The notes: generated from the sequence alone by a model not told the origin. A DNA stretch of 64,000 nucleotides from an uncultured Oscillatoriales cyanobacterium (GCA_903893625.1 CAITND010000151.1:7738-71737), one strand, 5' to 3'; numbered from the stretch's first letter, positions 1 through 9,848 are shown. Made by a program: numbers and translations.

Positions 1-180
1 ATTTGTTGAGCGGCTTCCGGTGTATAAAACACCATCAAAGGACTGCCAAAATCTATCCCTTTTGCCCAAAAAGCATCGGGATAGGTTTGGTAAGCAGTTT
101 CCCAATAACCGACCGGATTGGTAATATATTGAATTCTCTGTAACCAGACCGGAATTTTTAATCCTTCAACCTGTTTCATA
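1..180 (-). CDS. Cytochrome P450, N-terminal fragment; the gene continues beyond the window start
   Basis: ATG (reverse complement) at 178-180. The N-terminus reads MKQVEGLKIPVWLQRIQYITNPVGYWETAYQTYPDAFWAKGIDFGSPLMVFYTPEAAQQ, which fits the usual P450 N-terminal pattern (LP-x-LG ... DP-x-F ... G-x-F ... G-x-P). Only about 60 aa are visible. Confidence 0.35.
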
Positions 181-239
181 AATCAAAAAACATTCCCGAA
201 ATTAGTTAAATCTGAGTTAAAGTTTCAAACAACCTAAGC

Positions 240-1382
240 CTATTTTGTGGCGAGAATAATACCGCTTGGTGCCCAAAAATCACAATAAATTCGCTGCATT
301 TGAGTGAATCCCGCATCCCTCAAGCATTGTTCATGGTCACTCCAGGAATAAATCATACCCCCCTCATGAGGAATGGAGACAAAGTAGGATGAATCAAGGG
401 CAGCCATCAACGGCCCATCTTCTGCATCGGATGTCATCATGTTAAAAATTACCAGGGAACCTCCGGGTTTGAGGGCTTTATAGGCTCGGCGAAGCAATGT
501 TGTATTCTTGTCTAAAGACCAAATTACTAATACATGAATAAACAGAAAACAATCTTGATTTTGTGGAAACTCATCAACAAATATGTCGGTTCCCATCACT
601 TGAATGCGGTCTGTTAATTGATTTTGATCGATATGATTTTGAGCGATTTTACAACTGTCAGGAATATCCATCAAAGTAATATGGACATTGGGAAAAGCTT
701 TCGCTAAAGCAATGGAATTCGTGGCATCTCCGCCTCCCACATCCACAACATTTTGGAAGTTAGAAAAATCAACCTTTTCAAATAATAAAGGGTTCACTAA
801 TTTTGACCAAGAACCCATAAAGTTATAGAATATTTTATCAAGACCGGGATCTTCGTGCAAGCGATTATACAAATCAGGCCCTTGACCTTGAAATTGTCGC
901 AAACCCACATTTTTATTCTGGCGTAAAGATTCTACATAATCGATAGATCCCAGATAAACAATCTTGGCTTCAAACAGAACAACATCATAGAACTCTTTCC
1001 AAGTGTTTTCCAAGAACAGCATTTGTATTACCAAACTATTGCGATATTTATCGTCAACTTTTTGAATCAGTTTTAACGCTGTTAGTCCTAGCAATAAGGC
1101 TTTAGTTGGATAGTCGGCTAGTTGTAAATGTTGACTAATTTCTGCTAAGGAAAGATCGGGGTATTTCCAGAGCAATTCAAATACACCAAGTTCACAGCCA
1201 GCATAGAGATTTTGAAAGGCGGAATGACCATACAAAAGTAACACCAGGTCATCCATTTTTAAGGTGTCTTTATTGCTATTGATCAACCGCAACATTTTTA
1301 AAATGCTGTCAGCATGACCGTTTGTTTGTGAACTCACAATAGCGTCTTGGGAAGCAGACAATTCATCAAAGTTTGTACCCAT
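240..1382 (-). CDS. Class I SAM-dependent O-methyltransferase with an N-terminal dimerisation domain
   Basis: The SAM-binding motif VVDVGGGDATNSIALAKAFPNVHITLMDIP and the overall plant/bacterial OMT architecture are present; length is 380 aa. Confidence 0.8.
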   Translation of the reverse strand: MGTNFDELSASQDAIVSSQTNGHADSILKMLRLINSNKDTLKMDDLVLLLYGHSAFQNLYAGCELGVFELLWKYPDLSLAEISQHLQLADYPTKALLLGLTALKLIQKVDDKYRNSLVIQMLFLENTWKEFYDVVLFEAKIVYLGSIDYVESLRQNKNVGLRQFQGQGPDLYNRLHEDPGLDKIFYNFMGSWSKLVNPLLFEKVDFSNFQNVVDVGGGDATNSIALAKAFPNVHITLMDIPDSCKIAQNHIDQNQLTDRIQVMGTDIFVDEFPQNQDCFLFIHVLVIWSLDKNTTLLRRAYKALKPGGSLVIFNMMTSDAEDGPLMAALDSSYFVSIPHEGGMIYSWSDHEQCLRDAGFTQMQRIYCDFWAPSGIILATK

Positions 1383-1420
1383 TAATTTCTCCTTAATTTT
1401 TAACTCGATCTAAAATTTGA

Positions 1421-2392
1421 TTAATTAGGGTTTGGCTCTGTTTTAACCGCATATTTGCTCGATAGAGACAAATATATACCCAATAAAACTATACAACAAA
1501 ATATTCCATTTAAAATATTTAATTGTTCGCTCAAGATTGTCCATGCAAAACAAGTGCTAATCACAGGATCAAGGAGCATAGTAACCGCTACAACTGCTGA
1601 TGATAAATAGTTGAGGGAATAGGTAATCAGTCCATGACCAATGACTTGACAAACCAAAGCTAAACCAATGACAGCGAACCATCCTTGTAATGACACGGGA
1701 AAAAAAGAATTACCTGTAATAATCAGGACAATTATCGTTACTAAAGAACCAATTGCAGAACACCAAAACATTAAAGTTTGAGTTGTAAAGTGGGTGAGTA
1801 GATGCTCAATGGTCAACAACTCTAAAGCCGAGAAAATTGCCGAAAGTACAGATAATAGGTCTCCTTGTAGCTTATTGATAGAGTCCGAAAAGTCATTGAA
1901 TCCAATTAAAATAGCACCCATAATGGCAATAGCCATGCCAATTAAAAATTTGTTGTCATAGCGATTCTTAAATAAGATCCACCCTCCCAAAGCCGTTAAA
2001 AGTGGGCGTAAACCATGCAGAATAGTGACAGAACTAGAAACACTGGTTTGAGACAGTGACCAAGCCCATAAAAGTTGAATTGCTGCAAACAAACTACCCA
2101 TTAATAACAGCATTCCTATTATTTTAGGGGTGTAAAGCTTTTCGGGTTTAAAGGGCGGGTCATTAGATAAATTTTTGCGGATAGTTCTTATTCCCGCCCA
2201 AATTCCAAAGATAATACTAGCAATCCAAAAGCGATTAAAAATTGTCGCATTCGGACTAATTTCGCTAATACTAAATTTCATAAAAATGGGAGCTAGACCA
2301 ATGGCAAACAGCGCCGTTAACAGGAATGCAAAGGGTAGAAAAATTCTTCTTTGATCCGATAATGAATTGAGACTTTCAACTTGATTTTCCAT
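1421..2392 (-). CDS. DMT/EamA-family integral membrane transporter
   Basis: About 10 hydrophobic segments in a duplicated EamA-like arrangement; it sits between tailoring enzymes. Confidence 0.6.
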   Translation of the reverse strand: MENQVESLNSLSDQRRIFLPFAFLLTALFAIGLAPIFMKFSISEISPNATIFNRFWIASIIFGIWAGIRTIRKNLSNDPPFKPEKLYTPKIIGMLLLMGSLFAAIQLLWAWSLSQTSVSSSVTILHGLRPLLTALGGWILFKNRYDNKFLIGMAIAIMGAILIGFNDFSDSINKLQGDLLSVLSAIFSALELLTIEHLLTHFTTQTLMFWCSAIGSLVTIIVLIITGNSFFPVSLQGWFAVIGLALVCQVIGHGLITYSLNYLSSAVVAVTMLLDPVISTCFAWTILSEQLNILNGIFCCIVLLGIYLSLSSKYAVKTEPNPN

Positions 2393-2475
2393 GTAGATTG
2401 GGGTGAATTTTTCAGGACTAAACCGTTTTTCAGTGGTCTAGGATATATAGCATTCCGTGTAGAGGTTAGTCGGGA

Positions 2476-3261
2476 TTAAATATGCCCGTAGTAGTCCCTA
2501 TGAACGGCAATAGAATAAGCATAATCTAATAGTGTTCCCCAACTAAAAACCGGAAGATTAATTGCTTGTTGAATTGCACGAGCAAAGGGTGGAGTTCCTG
2601 AACATTCCAACAGTAAAGCTCCCATATTAGGATAACGTTGATAAAAATCCACCGCAAATTCTGTCAATTCCTGTTCAATTTTATTGTAGTTAGCTCCTCG
2701 TAATAGCGGGTCGGGTGACATATAGAGGTTTGTAATTTCAGGACAACGACCTGATTCTAACATTCCCTCAATCACATAATTACTATTCGTCTGAATGCCA
2801 ACAGATTCTAAATGGGCAGAGGTTAAAACATCTTTTGAAAAGACAAGAATTCCCACAACTTGATTGTCACCAATCAACTGTTGAGCCAAGGGAACTTGTA
2901 GTAAACTAGACATAAAAACCGGAACATTAACAGAGCCCGCGATTTGTTTTTGAAAGTAAGCAAAATAGCCACATTCTCCGGCGATCGCACGACATCCTAT
3001 TTTCTCAAGTTTCTTAGCGGCTTTTTTAATCGGTTCCAAATAGGCAGATTTATCAGCTTTGAACAATAATTCTTTCCCATCTAAACCTTCAGCAATTTCA
3101 TATTGAATCGGAAAAGGATAGGCACTGGCGTTGCGGGTATCGCCGGGAAAACCCGGATACAATTCATCGAGAATAATAATGCCTAAACCCATCCCATAAC
3201 AATGATGACGGGGTGAAGTTTTAATATTATTAATTCGGTGATTTCTTTGTTGATCAATCAT
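2476..3261 (-). CDS. Asp/Glu/hydantoin racemase superfamily protein (racemase, isomerase or decarboxylase-like)
   Basis: 261 aa with an alpha/beta pattern and Cys-containing segments (GECGYF..., LLECSGTPPFARAIQ) typical of the arylmalonate decarboxylase/maleate isomerase/racemase fold. Its stop overlaps the start of the next gene. Confidence 0.45.
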   Translation of the reverse strand: MIDQQRNHRINNIKTSPRHHCYGMGLGIIILDELYPGFPGDTRNASAYPFPIQYEIAEGLDGKELLFKADKSAYLEPIKKAAKKLEKIGCRAIAGECGYFAYFQKQIAGSVNVPVFMSSLLQVPLAQQLIGDNQVVGILVFSKDVLTSAHLESVGIQTNSNYVIEGMLESGRCPEITNLYMSPDPLLRGANYNKIEQELTEFAVDFYQRYPNMGALLLECSGTPPFARAIQQAINLPVFSWGTLLDYAYSIAVHRDYYGHI

Positions 3262-4352
3262 TTAATTTGATCCACTCCTCTCCATCTCCCTTTCATATAT
3301 TGAGCCAGCCAATAAGATTCGGTTTCTGATAGGGGTTCCTTAATTGTTTGGTTGGGAGGAGTGGGATGATTCGGCAAAAATCCGCCTCTAGGTTTACCTG
3401 CTTCTACAGCCCCCCACATCGCTCTGAAAGCGGGTTTGTCCGGCAATTCTCGACTATTAAATGGAGATAACCAAGCCCTTAGAAGTAAGCGATCATAAAC
3501 CCCTGACTCAATTGGCCAAGAAGATCGGGCATGGTAAATTACATGATTATTAGCAATTAACCAGTCACCCGGTTCTAACCTCAGCATGATCCCCACTTTC
3601 AGTCCAATTTCCTCTAACAAATCCAAGCCTTGTTTCTGCTTTTCAGTGAGTCGTGGAGCACCTGCTATTAATTGACTCAAACGAACATAAGCACTGGAAT
3701 ATTGGGTTGTGAATTTTCCGTTATGAATACACCATAAAGGATAGGTTATCCAATTATTTTCTGCTTCAAAAAAGAAGGGAATTTCTTTGAATAAATCTTC
3801 GGCAATTTCGGGATGGGATTGAAGCATTTCGTGATAGATTGTAATCGCACTCGCCAAGCGATTTTCCCCACCTTCTCTGGCTTGTCTAACACAGAGTAAG
3901 CTATTAACATCACAACGATCAGTATGAAACTTAAAAGCATCATTGGATTGTTTATCCTTCTGAGATGAATCCGGTGCTTCTGCTCTGATATAGGTAATAA
4001 ATTGTTTTGTTTCTCGACACGGAGAATCAAAGTTTGAATTGGATTCTCTCACGGGCTTACCCATTTGTCTACAAAGTGTCAGGTAAATTTCTGCGAGTTC
4101 TTCCTCTGAATATTGCTCGACAGGAATCCCTTTTAACAAAACAACTCCTTTACCATTTTCCAGTTCTTCTGAAACCGCTTCCAGAGTTTTTCTAAGTTGC
4201 TTAAACTGAATTGTTTGAGGATCAGATCCTTTTAAAGTGTGAATCGAGGCTTCAATTTCTGCGAGTTCTTCTGGGGTCAATCTATAATTCCAGTACGGGG
4301 AATTTATCAGTTCTTCACCTTTCCAAGCAGCTTTAACATTGAGTAAATTCAT
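3258..4352 (-). CDS. TauD/TfdA-like Fe(II)/2-oxoglutarate-dependent dioxygenase, paralogue A
   Basis: HxD facial-triad motif (FKFHTDRCD), a distal His and Arg (HVIYHARSSW), 364 aa. It is about 70% identical by eye to the neighbouring paralogue. Confidence 0.65.
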   Translation of the reverse strand: MNLLNVKAAWKGEELINSPYWNYRLTPEELAEIEASIHTLKGSDPQTIQFKQLRKTLEAVSEELENGKGVVLLKGIPVEQYSEEELAEIYLTLCRQMGKPVRESNSNFDSPCRETKQFITYIRAEAPDSSQKDKQSNDAFKFHTDRCDVNSLLCVRQAREGGENRLASAITIYHEMLQSHPEIAEDLFKEIPFFFEAENNWITYPLWCIHNGKFTTQYSSAYVRLSQLIAGAPRLTEKQKQGLDLLEEIGLKVGIMLRLEPGDWLIANNHVIYHARSSWPIESGVYDRLLLRAWLSPFNSRELPDKPAFRAMWGAVEAGKPRGGFLPNHPTPPNQTIKEPLSETESYWLAQYMKGRWRGVDQIK

Positions 4353-4449
4353 GGGATTTTTGGGCTTAATACTATTAATTAAAGTTTGAAAAAAATCCGA
4401 TCCAAAATCAGCAACGCCATAATTTTAATCGGATTTTGATCTGACTCCT

Positions 4450-5541
4450 TTATTTTGTTTGCGGGACTCCTACCCATCTGACTTTCAAGTACCGATCTAA
4501 CCAATAAGATTCGGTTTCCGACAAAGGTTCGTTAATCGCTTGGTCGGGGGAAAGTTTATGATTAGGTAAAAACCCGCCTCTGGGTTGACCTGCTGCTACA
4601 GATCCCCACATCGCTCTGAAAGCATGGGTATCGGGCAATTCTCGACTATTAGACGGGGAGAAACAAACTCGTAGAAGTAAGCGATCATAGTCTCCTGACT
4701 CAATTTTCCAAGAAGATCGAGCATGATAAACAATATGATTATTTACCATTAGCCAATCTCCCGGTTCTAATGTTAGCGTTACCCCCACTTTGTTGCCAAT
4801 AGTTTGTAGTAAATCCAGACCTTCTTTGTGGTTCTCACTCAGTCGTGGTGCTCCTTCAACAAATTGACTCAAACGCGGATAGGTACTCGAAAGTTGGGTA
4901 GTAAACTTTCCATTGTGAATATACCATATTGGATAACTAATCCAACCGTTTTCTCCCTCAAAAAGCCAGGGCATTCCTTGAAATAATTCTTCGGCAATTT
5001 TAGGATGAGATTTAAGCATTTCGTTATAGATGGTAACGGCACTCGCTAAACCATTTTCTCCACCCACTCTGGCTTGTTTAACACATAATAAACTCAGGGC
5101 ATCGTAACGATCCGTATGCAGTTTGTAAGCATCATTAGACTGTTTCCCATCCCCAGATGAAGCCGCCTCTGCTCTGATGTAGGTGACAAATTGTGTTGTT
5201 TCCCGGCTAGGAGAATTAAAGTCTATATTTGATTGTCTAATCAGGATACCCATTTGTCTACATAGTGTTAGGTGAAGCTCTGTGAGTTCTGCTTCTGAAT
5301 ATTGCTCAACAGGAATCCCTTTTAACAGAACAACTCCTTTACCATTTTCCAGTTCTTCTGAAATCGCTTCGAGAGTTTTTCTAAGTTGATTAAACTGAAT
5401 CGCTTCAGGATCAGATCCTTTTAAACTCTGAATTGCAGCTTCAATTTCTGCTATCTCTGCGGGAGTAAGTTGGTAATTCCAGTATTTAGAATTGATCAGA
5501 TCATTACCTTTCCAAGCTGCCGGAATATTGAGTAAATCCAT
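4450..5541 (-). CDS. TauD/TfdA-like Fe(II)/2-oxoglutarate-dependent dioxygenase, paralogue B
   Basis: Collinear with 3258-4352 (MDLLNIPAAWKG... vs MNLLNVKAAWKG...) and carries the same HTDR...HxxYHARSSW motifs. Confidence 0.65.
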   Translation of the reverse strand: MDLLNIPAAWKGNDLINSKYWNYQLTPAEIAEIEAAIQSLKGSDPEAIQFNQLRKTLEAISEELENGKGVVLLKGIPVEQYSEAELTELHLTLCRQMGILIRQSNIDFNSPSRETTQFVTYIRAEAASSGDGKQSNDAYKLHTDRYDALSLLCVKQARVGGENGLASAVTIYNEMLKSHPKIAEELFQGMPWLFEGENGWISYPIWYIHNGKFTTQLSSTYPRLSQFVEGAPRLSENHKEGLDLLQTIGNKVGVTLTLEPGDWLMVNNHIVYHARSSWKIESGDYDRLLLRVCFSPSNSRELPDTHAFRAMWGSVAAGQPRGGFLPNHKLSPDQAINEPLSETESYWLDRYLKVRWVGVPQTK

Positions 5542-5572
5542 TATTTTCTCCTGAACATTAATTTACAAATCA

Positions 5573-5956
5573 CTAATCACTAATTCTAGTAGTTTTAAGA
5601 ATAGCAAAAAGAATTTTTCCAATTTCATCAGCATCTTTATAGATACTATCAAAAGCTTGTTCCTCCAGATAGCCTGTGTCTTTTAACAAAGAAAGCCAGT
5701 ATTTAGTTTCCAAACACTCTTTATAAGCAATAGACATTTTAGCAGAAAAATCGCCTTGAGATATAGCGCCATTGGCTTCAGCAATATTTGAGCCAATTGA
5801 CGTACCACTTCTAATTAACTGCTTCGACAAAATCCATTCCTGCTGATTTTGAGTCAGATATTTATAAGCATTCACAACTCTAATAGAAAATTTGTATGCT
5901 TTATCGTAAACCAAACTTCTTTGAGATAATTCTTGATTACTCATCACTCCTTCCAA
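5573..5956 (-). CDS. Four-helix-bundle protein (the so-called 23S rRNA intervening-sequence protein family)
   Basis: 127 aa containing the characteristic SIxxNIAEG...KxxxxxxIAxxSxxExxYWLxL motif. Confidence 0.75.
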   Translation of the reverse strand: MEGVMSNQELSQRSLVYDKAYKFSIRVVNAYKYLTQNQQEWILSKQLIRSGTSIGSNIAEANGAISQGDFSAKMSIAYKECLETKYWLSLLKDTGYLEEQAFDSIYKDADEIGKILFAILKTTRISD

Positions 5957-5969
5957 AATTCAGACCAAC

Positions 5970-6006
5970 TAATTACTGATTACTGATTACTGATTACTGA
6001 TTACTG
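5970..6006. repeat. (GATTACT)n heptamer tandem repeat, about 5.5 copies
   Basis: aattactgattactgattactgattactgattactg lies in the spacer between the four-helix-bundle gene and the AKR gene. Confidence 0.9.
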
Positions 6007-7056
6007 TTAAGGCGTTGGGTTGGGATAACGAGCGTGAACTTTATCAATTTCTGCTAGAATTTCTGGGTCTAATTCTATCTCTAAGCAGTTGAGATTTTCT
6101 TGAAGTTGATCGAGGGTTGAAGCCGCAATAATTGTACTGGTGACAAACCAACGCGATCGCACAAATCCTAACGCCAACTGCACTGGAGTCAAACCATATT
6201 GATCCGCTATTTCAACATAAGCCTTAACCGCTTCCTGAAAATAGGGTTTTTGATAACGTTGGTCAAATCCTGGGAACAAATCAATTCTAGAACCTGCGGG
6301 AGTTTGGGAGAGATGTTTACCAGATAGATACCCAAAACCAAGGGTACTATAGGCAATTAATCCAACGTTATGAAAATGACAGGTTTCTGCTAAATGAATT
6401 TGAAAAACTCGATTGGTTAAATTAAAAGCATTCTGAATTGAGACAATTTTAGGCAATCCTAACTGTTTGGCTAAATGAAAAAATTCAGACACTCCCCAAG
6501 GGGTTTCATTGCTAACACCCAAATAGCGAATTTTCCCCGCTTTAACTAAATCGGCAAAAGCTTCTAATTGTTCTAAAATCGGTACAGTTTCTCTTTGATT
6601 CCGAGGATCATAATCGGGAGCACCAAACAAAGGAACGTACCGATCTGGCCAGTGGATTTGGTAAAGGTCAATATAGTCTGTTTGTAGACGCCGGAGACTG
6701 CCCTCAATAGCCTCCTGGACGTTCTTACGGTCAATGCGACTGTTCCCATCCCGAATCCAGGTTAGAGGTAAAGTTCTATCTCCCGACGGGCCAGATACCT
6801 TAGTACCAATAATTAACTGATCTCGTCGCTGTTTGCTCAACCATTGACCAATGTATTCCTCCGTTTTACCTTGGGTTTGGGCACGGGTGGGAGCCGGATA
6901 CATTTCTGCGGTATCGATGAAATTAATGCCTTGAGAAATCGCATAATCGAGTTGTTTTTCCGCCTCTTCTAAAGTATTTTGCTGACCATAATTCATGGTT
7001 CCTAAACAAAATTCTGAGACAATTAATTCACTATCACCGAGTTTTTTATATTGCAT
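6007..7056 (-). CDS. Aldo/keto reductase (Tas/YajO-like NADP-dependent oxidoreductase)
   Basis: AKR signature regions (GINFIDTAEMY, IRYLGVSNETPW), 349 aa. Confidence 0.85.
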   Translation of the reverse strand: MQYKKLGDSELIVSEFCLGTMNYGQQNTLEEAEKQLDYAISQGINFIDTAEMYPAPTRAQTQGKTEEYIGQWLSKQRRDQLIIGTKVSGPSGDRTLPLTWIRDGNSRIDRKNVQEAIEGSLRRLQTDYIDLYQIHWPDRYVPLFGAPDYDPRNQRETVPILEQLEAFADLVKAGKIRYLGVSNETPWGVSEFFHLAKQLGLPKIVSIQNAFNLTNRVFQIHLAETCHFHNVGLIAYSTLGFGYLSGKHLSQTPAGSRIDLFPGFDQRYQKPYFQEAVKAYVEIADQYGLTPVQLALGFVRSRWFVTSTIIAASTLDQLQENLNCLEIELDPEILAEIDKVHARYPNPTP

Positions 7057-7099
7057 TAGATTTCCTGTTCCAGTTATCTTTACTCAATCAATACAGAGC

Positions 7100-7852
7100 C
7101 TAAATACCAACAACCTTCTGCCAGGTTATAGGTTGTTCAACTACTCCAAATATTTGATCATTGGGGTCAAGAGATCCTGGGTTAATATAGGTTCCGAAAA
7201 AGCGATCAAAAATTGTGAAATAGCTACCCATGTTATAAGCCCCAATTTGGGTATGGTGTAAGCTGTGATAACGAGGGGTAACAAAAATCCACTCTAATAT
7301 TCCCATCCAAGACCGCCATTTAATATTACAATGTGTCCAATTTTCATGCAGAGCACCGAGCAACCCAACATAAAACATGACTTCTGGAGGAATTGAGAGA
7401 AGTGGAAAGGCAATAAATCCGATTTGAAACAAAAATCGACTGGTAAAACTGGTTCTTTGAGCAGCAAGCCACCATAATTCTTGAATAGAATGATGCCATA
7501 AATGAGTTTGCCAAAGATATTTGTTCTGGTGCATCCACCCATGAAGAATATAATACCAAAAATCTTTGATCAGATAGGCAAGAATTAACCGCGCCCATAC
7601 AGGTAGAGAAAGCACTCCGAACCCACCTAAGAATTCCTTTAATGATGGCGGAATTAACAGCTTAATAATATCAGCATAGGTGTAGGCAATAATAATCGTA
7701 AATAAAATTGAGATCAGTGCTGCTCCAAACTCTTTCAGGAATACCTCTGCATATTTGATATCCCGGAGAGGATCTGGTTTTTCCCAAAGTATCCAAAGAA
7801 GCGCACCCGTAATAAAAGTTGCTAACCACCCAATTATGATTTGTGTAATCAT
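7100..7852 (-). CDS. Fatty acid hydroxylase / sterol desaturase superfamily membrane enzyme, paralogue A
   Basis: His boxes HGWMHQNKYLWQTHLWHH and HSLHHT, multiple transmembrane segments, 250 aa. Confidence 0.7.
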   Translation of the reverse strand: MITQIIIGWLATFITGALLWILWEKPDPLRDIKYAEVFLKEFGAALISILFTIIIAYTYADIIKLLIPPSLKEFLGGFGVLSLPVWARLILAYLIKDFWYYILHGWMHQNKYLWQTHLWHHSIQELWWLAAQRTSFTSRFLFQIGFIAFPLLSIPPEVMFYVGLLGALHENWTHCNIKWRSWMGILEWIFVTPRYHSLHHTQIGAYNMGSYFTIFDRFFGTYINPGSLDPNDQIFGVVEQPITWQKVVGI

Positions 7853-7897
7853 CTTTTCTCCTGATTTCAGTAGATTTCTTAATTGCTTCTCAAAGAG

Positions 7898-8656
7898 CTA
7901 TACCCCAACAATCTTTCGCCACGTCACAACGGCGTTATCTCCTGATGCAAACTGTATTTGATCAGGTGGCATTTGTTCAGGATCAACATAAGTCCCAAAA
8001 ATCCGATCAAAGATTGTAAATAAAGCCCCTAAATTTTTGGTGTGTGAACCCGTTTGAGTGTGGTGTACCGCATGAAATCGAGGAGTAACATAAAACCACT
8101 CAATGATTCCCATCCAATGGTGCCATTTAACATTAAGATGAATCCAGTTATCGTGAATAATGTAATGAATTCCCACAAAAATCATAATTTCGGGTGGAAT
8201 TCCCAACACAGGAAAACTGAGAAATCCTACTTTAAACAGCAGCACATCTGTCAAACTTTCCCGTTGCGCCGCTAACCACCAAAGTTGATCAATGGAATGA
8301 TGCCAATTATGCGTTAACCACAAGGTATTATTAACGTGCTTGATCCAATGAGTCAGATAAAAACTCAAGTCTTTCAAAAAATAGGCAATTAATAACCGCA
8401 CCCCCAAAGGCAAAGATAATAACCCAGTCCAACCCATAAAATCCATCAGGGATGGAGAAATCGTTAGTTTGACCAGTGCTACAAAAAAATAGGCAAGAAT
8501 AATGCTATAAACAGCCGAGATCATTGCTGCTCCAAATTCTATGGGAAATCGAGAGCGATATTCAACTGTGCGTAATGGATCTTGAATTTCCCAGATCCAA
8601 AACAGCATTCCCGATACAAACAGTACCAACAATCCGATGAAAATTTGAATGATCAT
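7898..8656 (-). CDS. Fatty acid hydroxylase / sterol desaturase superfamily membrane enzyme, paralogue B
   Basis: Collinear paralogue of 7100-7852 with His boxes HWIKHVNNTLWLTHNWHH and HAVHHT, 252 aa. Confidence 0.7.
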   Translation of the reverse strand: MIIQIFIGLLVLFVSGMLFWIWEIQDPLRTVEYRSRFPIEFGAAMISAVYSIILAYFFVALVKLTISPSLMDFMGWTGLLSLPLGVRLLIAYFLKDLSFYLTHWIKHVNNTLWLTHNWHHSIDQLWWLAAQRESLTDVLLFKVGFLSFPVLGIPPEIMIFVGIHYIIHDNWIHLNVKWHHWMGIIEWFYVTPRFHAVHHTQTGSHTKNLGALFTIFDRIFGTYVDPEQMPPDQIQFASGDNAVVTWRKIVGV

Positions 8657-8676
8657 ATATTTACTAAAAACTCAAC

Positions 8677-8710
8677 ACTGATTACTGATTACTGTTTACT
8701 GATTACTGAT
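8677..8710. repeat. (GATTACT)n heptamer repeat with one variant unit
   Basis: ctgattactgattactgtttactgattactgat lies between the desaturase-like gene and the OYE gene. Confidence 0.85.
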
Positions 8711-9817
8711 AAATGGGTAATCGATGTAGCCCCGTTCATCTCCCCCTGTAAACGTTGGGCGATGATAGGGATTAAGTGGGGCATTTAAGGCAAAACGCTT
8801 GGGCAAGTCAGGATTAGCAATAAATAGTCTCCCATAGGATACTAAATCAGCATCACCCTGAAAAATTACAGCTTCTCCCGTTTCGCAAGTGTAGCCCCCG
8901 GCTGTAATCAATGTCCCGCTATATAACGGGCGAAAATGGTGAACTCCAAGCTGCACCTTTTTTTCTGTGAAGTCATCGTGACTGCCTTTAATCCGGGGTT
9001 CTACAATATGCAGATAAGCCAATTTAAAGCGATCAAGTTGAGTCACCACAAAGTTAAATAAGGCTTCTGGGTTGGAGTCTTCCATATCTTGAAACGTGCT
9101 ACCCGGAGACAGCCGCACTCCCACACGCTCCGATCCCCAAACCTCAATCACGGCGGCGGTGACTTCCATCAACAAACGAGCGCGATTTTCAATGCTTCCT
9201 CCATACTTATCAGTCCGTTGATTAGAATTATCTTGTAGAAACTGATCGAGCAAATAACCACTCGCACCGTGAATTTCGACTCCATCTGCTCCTGCTTTCA
9301 AGGCATTTTCCGCCGCTTGACGATATTGGGCAATAATACCGGGAATCTCTGTTGTTAAGAGCGCTCTGGGGACGACAAAGGGAACTTCTTCTCCGGTTGC
9401 AGTTAAGGCTTTTTCTTCCCCAGGAGCGATCGCACTGGGAGCAACAGGCAATTCTCCATTCGGTTGCAAGGACGGATGAGAACAGCGTCCACCGTGCCAC
9501 AGTTGTAAAAAAATCCGTCCACCGTGATCATGTACCGCTTGGGTAACAAGTTGCCAACCTGCGATTTGCTCTGGGCTGTAAATTCCTGGTGTTAACGGTA
9601 GGCTTGTCCCTTGGGGAGAAATTTGAGTCGCTTCACTAATAATTAATCCCGCAGAAGCCCGTTGAGCATAATATAGGGCGTTGAGGGCAGTAGGAGCCAG
9701 ATGATGATCCGCTCGCCTTCGCGTTAACGGAGCCATCACAATTCGATTAGGTAGCTCTAAATTTCCAAGTTTAAAAGGTTGAAGTAGTTTTAAAGGATTC
9801 ATAATTAACTCTTTCAC
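8696..9817 (-). CDS. Old Yellow Enzyme family NADH:flavin oxidoreductase (ene-reductase)
   Basis: Collinear OYE architecture with conserved motifs (APLTRRRA, LQLWHGGR, HGASGYLLDQFL), 373 aa. Confidence 0.85.
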   Translation of the reverse strand: MKELIMNPLKLLQPFKLGNLELPNRIVMAPLTRRRADHHLAPTALNALYYAQRASAGLIISEATQISPQGTSLPLTPGIYSPEQIAGWQLVTQAVHDHGGRIFLQLWHGGRCSHPSLQPNGELPVAPSAIAPGEEKALTATGEEVPFVVPRALLTTEIPGIIAQYRQAAENALKAGADGVEIHGASGYLLDQFLQDNSNQRTDKYGGSIENRARLLMEVTAAVIEVWGSERVGVRLSPGSTFQDMEDSNPEALFNFVVTQLDRFKLAYLHIVEPRIKGSHDDFTEKKVQLGVHHFRPLYSGTLITAGGYTCETGEAVIFQGDADLVSYGRLFIANPDLPKRFALNAPLNPYHRPTFTGGDERGYIDYPFISNQ

Positions 9818-9848
9818 TGATTACTGATTACTGATTACTGATTACTGA
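9816..9848. repeat. (GATTACT)n heptamer repeat, about 4.5 copies
   Basis: cactgattactgattactgattactgattactga lies between the OYE gene and the NTF2-like gene. Confidence 0.9.

Noticed and set aside
3746-4195. ORFs 3746-4030(-) and 4007-4195(+) inside or antisense to the TauD-like gene
   Set aside because: They are fully nested in or antisense to a well-supported 364-aa CDS, have no motifs and low-complexity composition, and are typical frame artefacts.
7294-7598. Two small minus-strand ORFs (82 and 84 aa) overlapping the desaturase-like gene 7100-7852
   Set aside because: They are alternative frames of a gene with clear His-box motifs; Cys-rich nonsense translation.
5970-9848. Possibility that the GATTACT arrays are a CRISPR array
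   Set aside because: They are 7-bp units directly abutting each other with no spacers, which is STRR-type microsatellite rather than CRISPR. No cas genes are present anywhere in the window.
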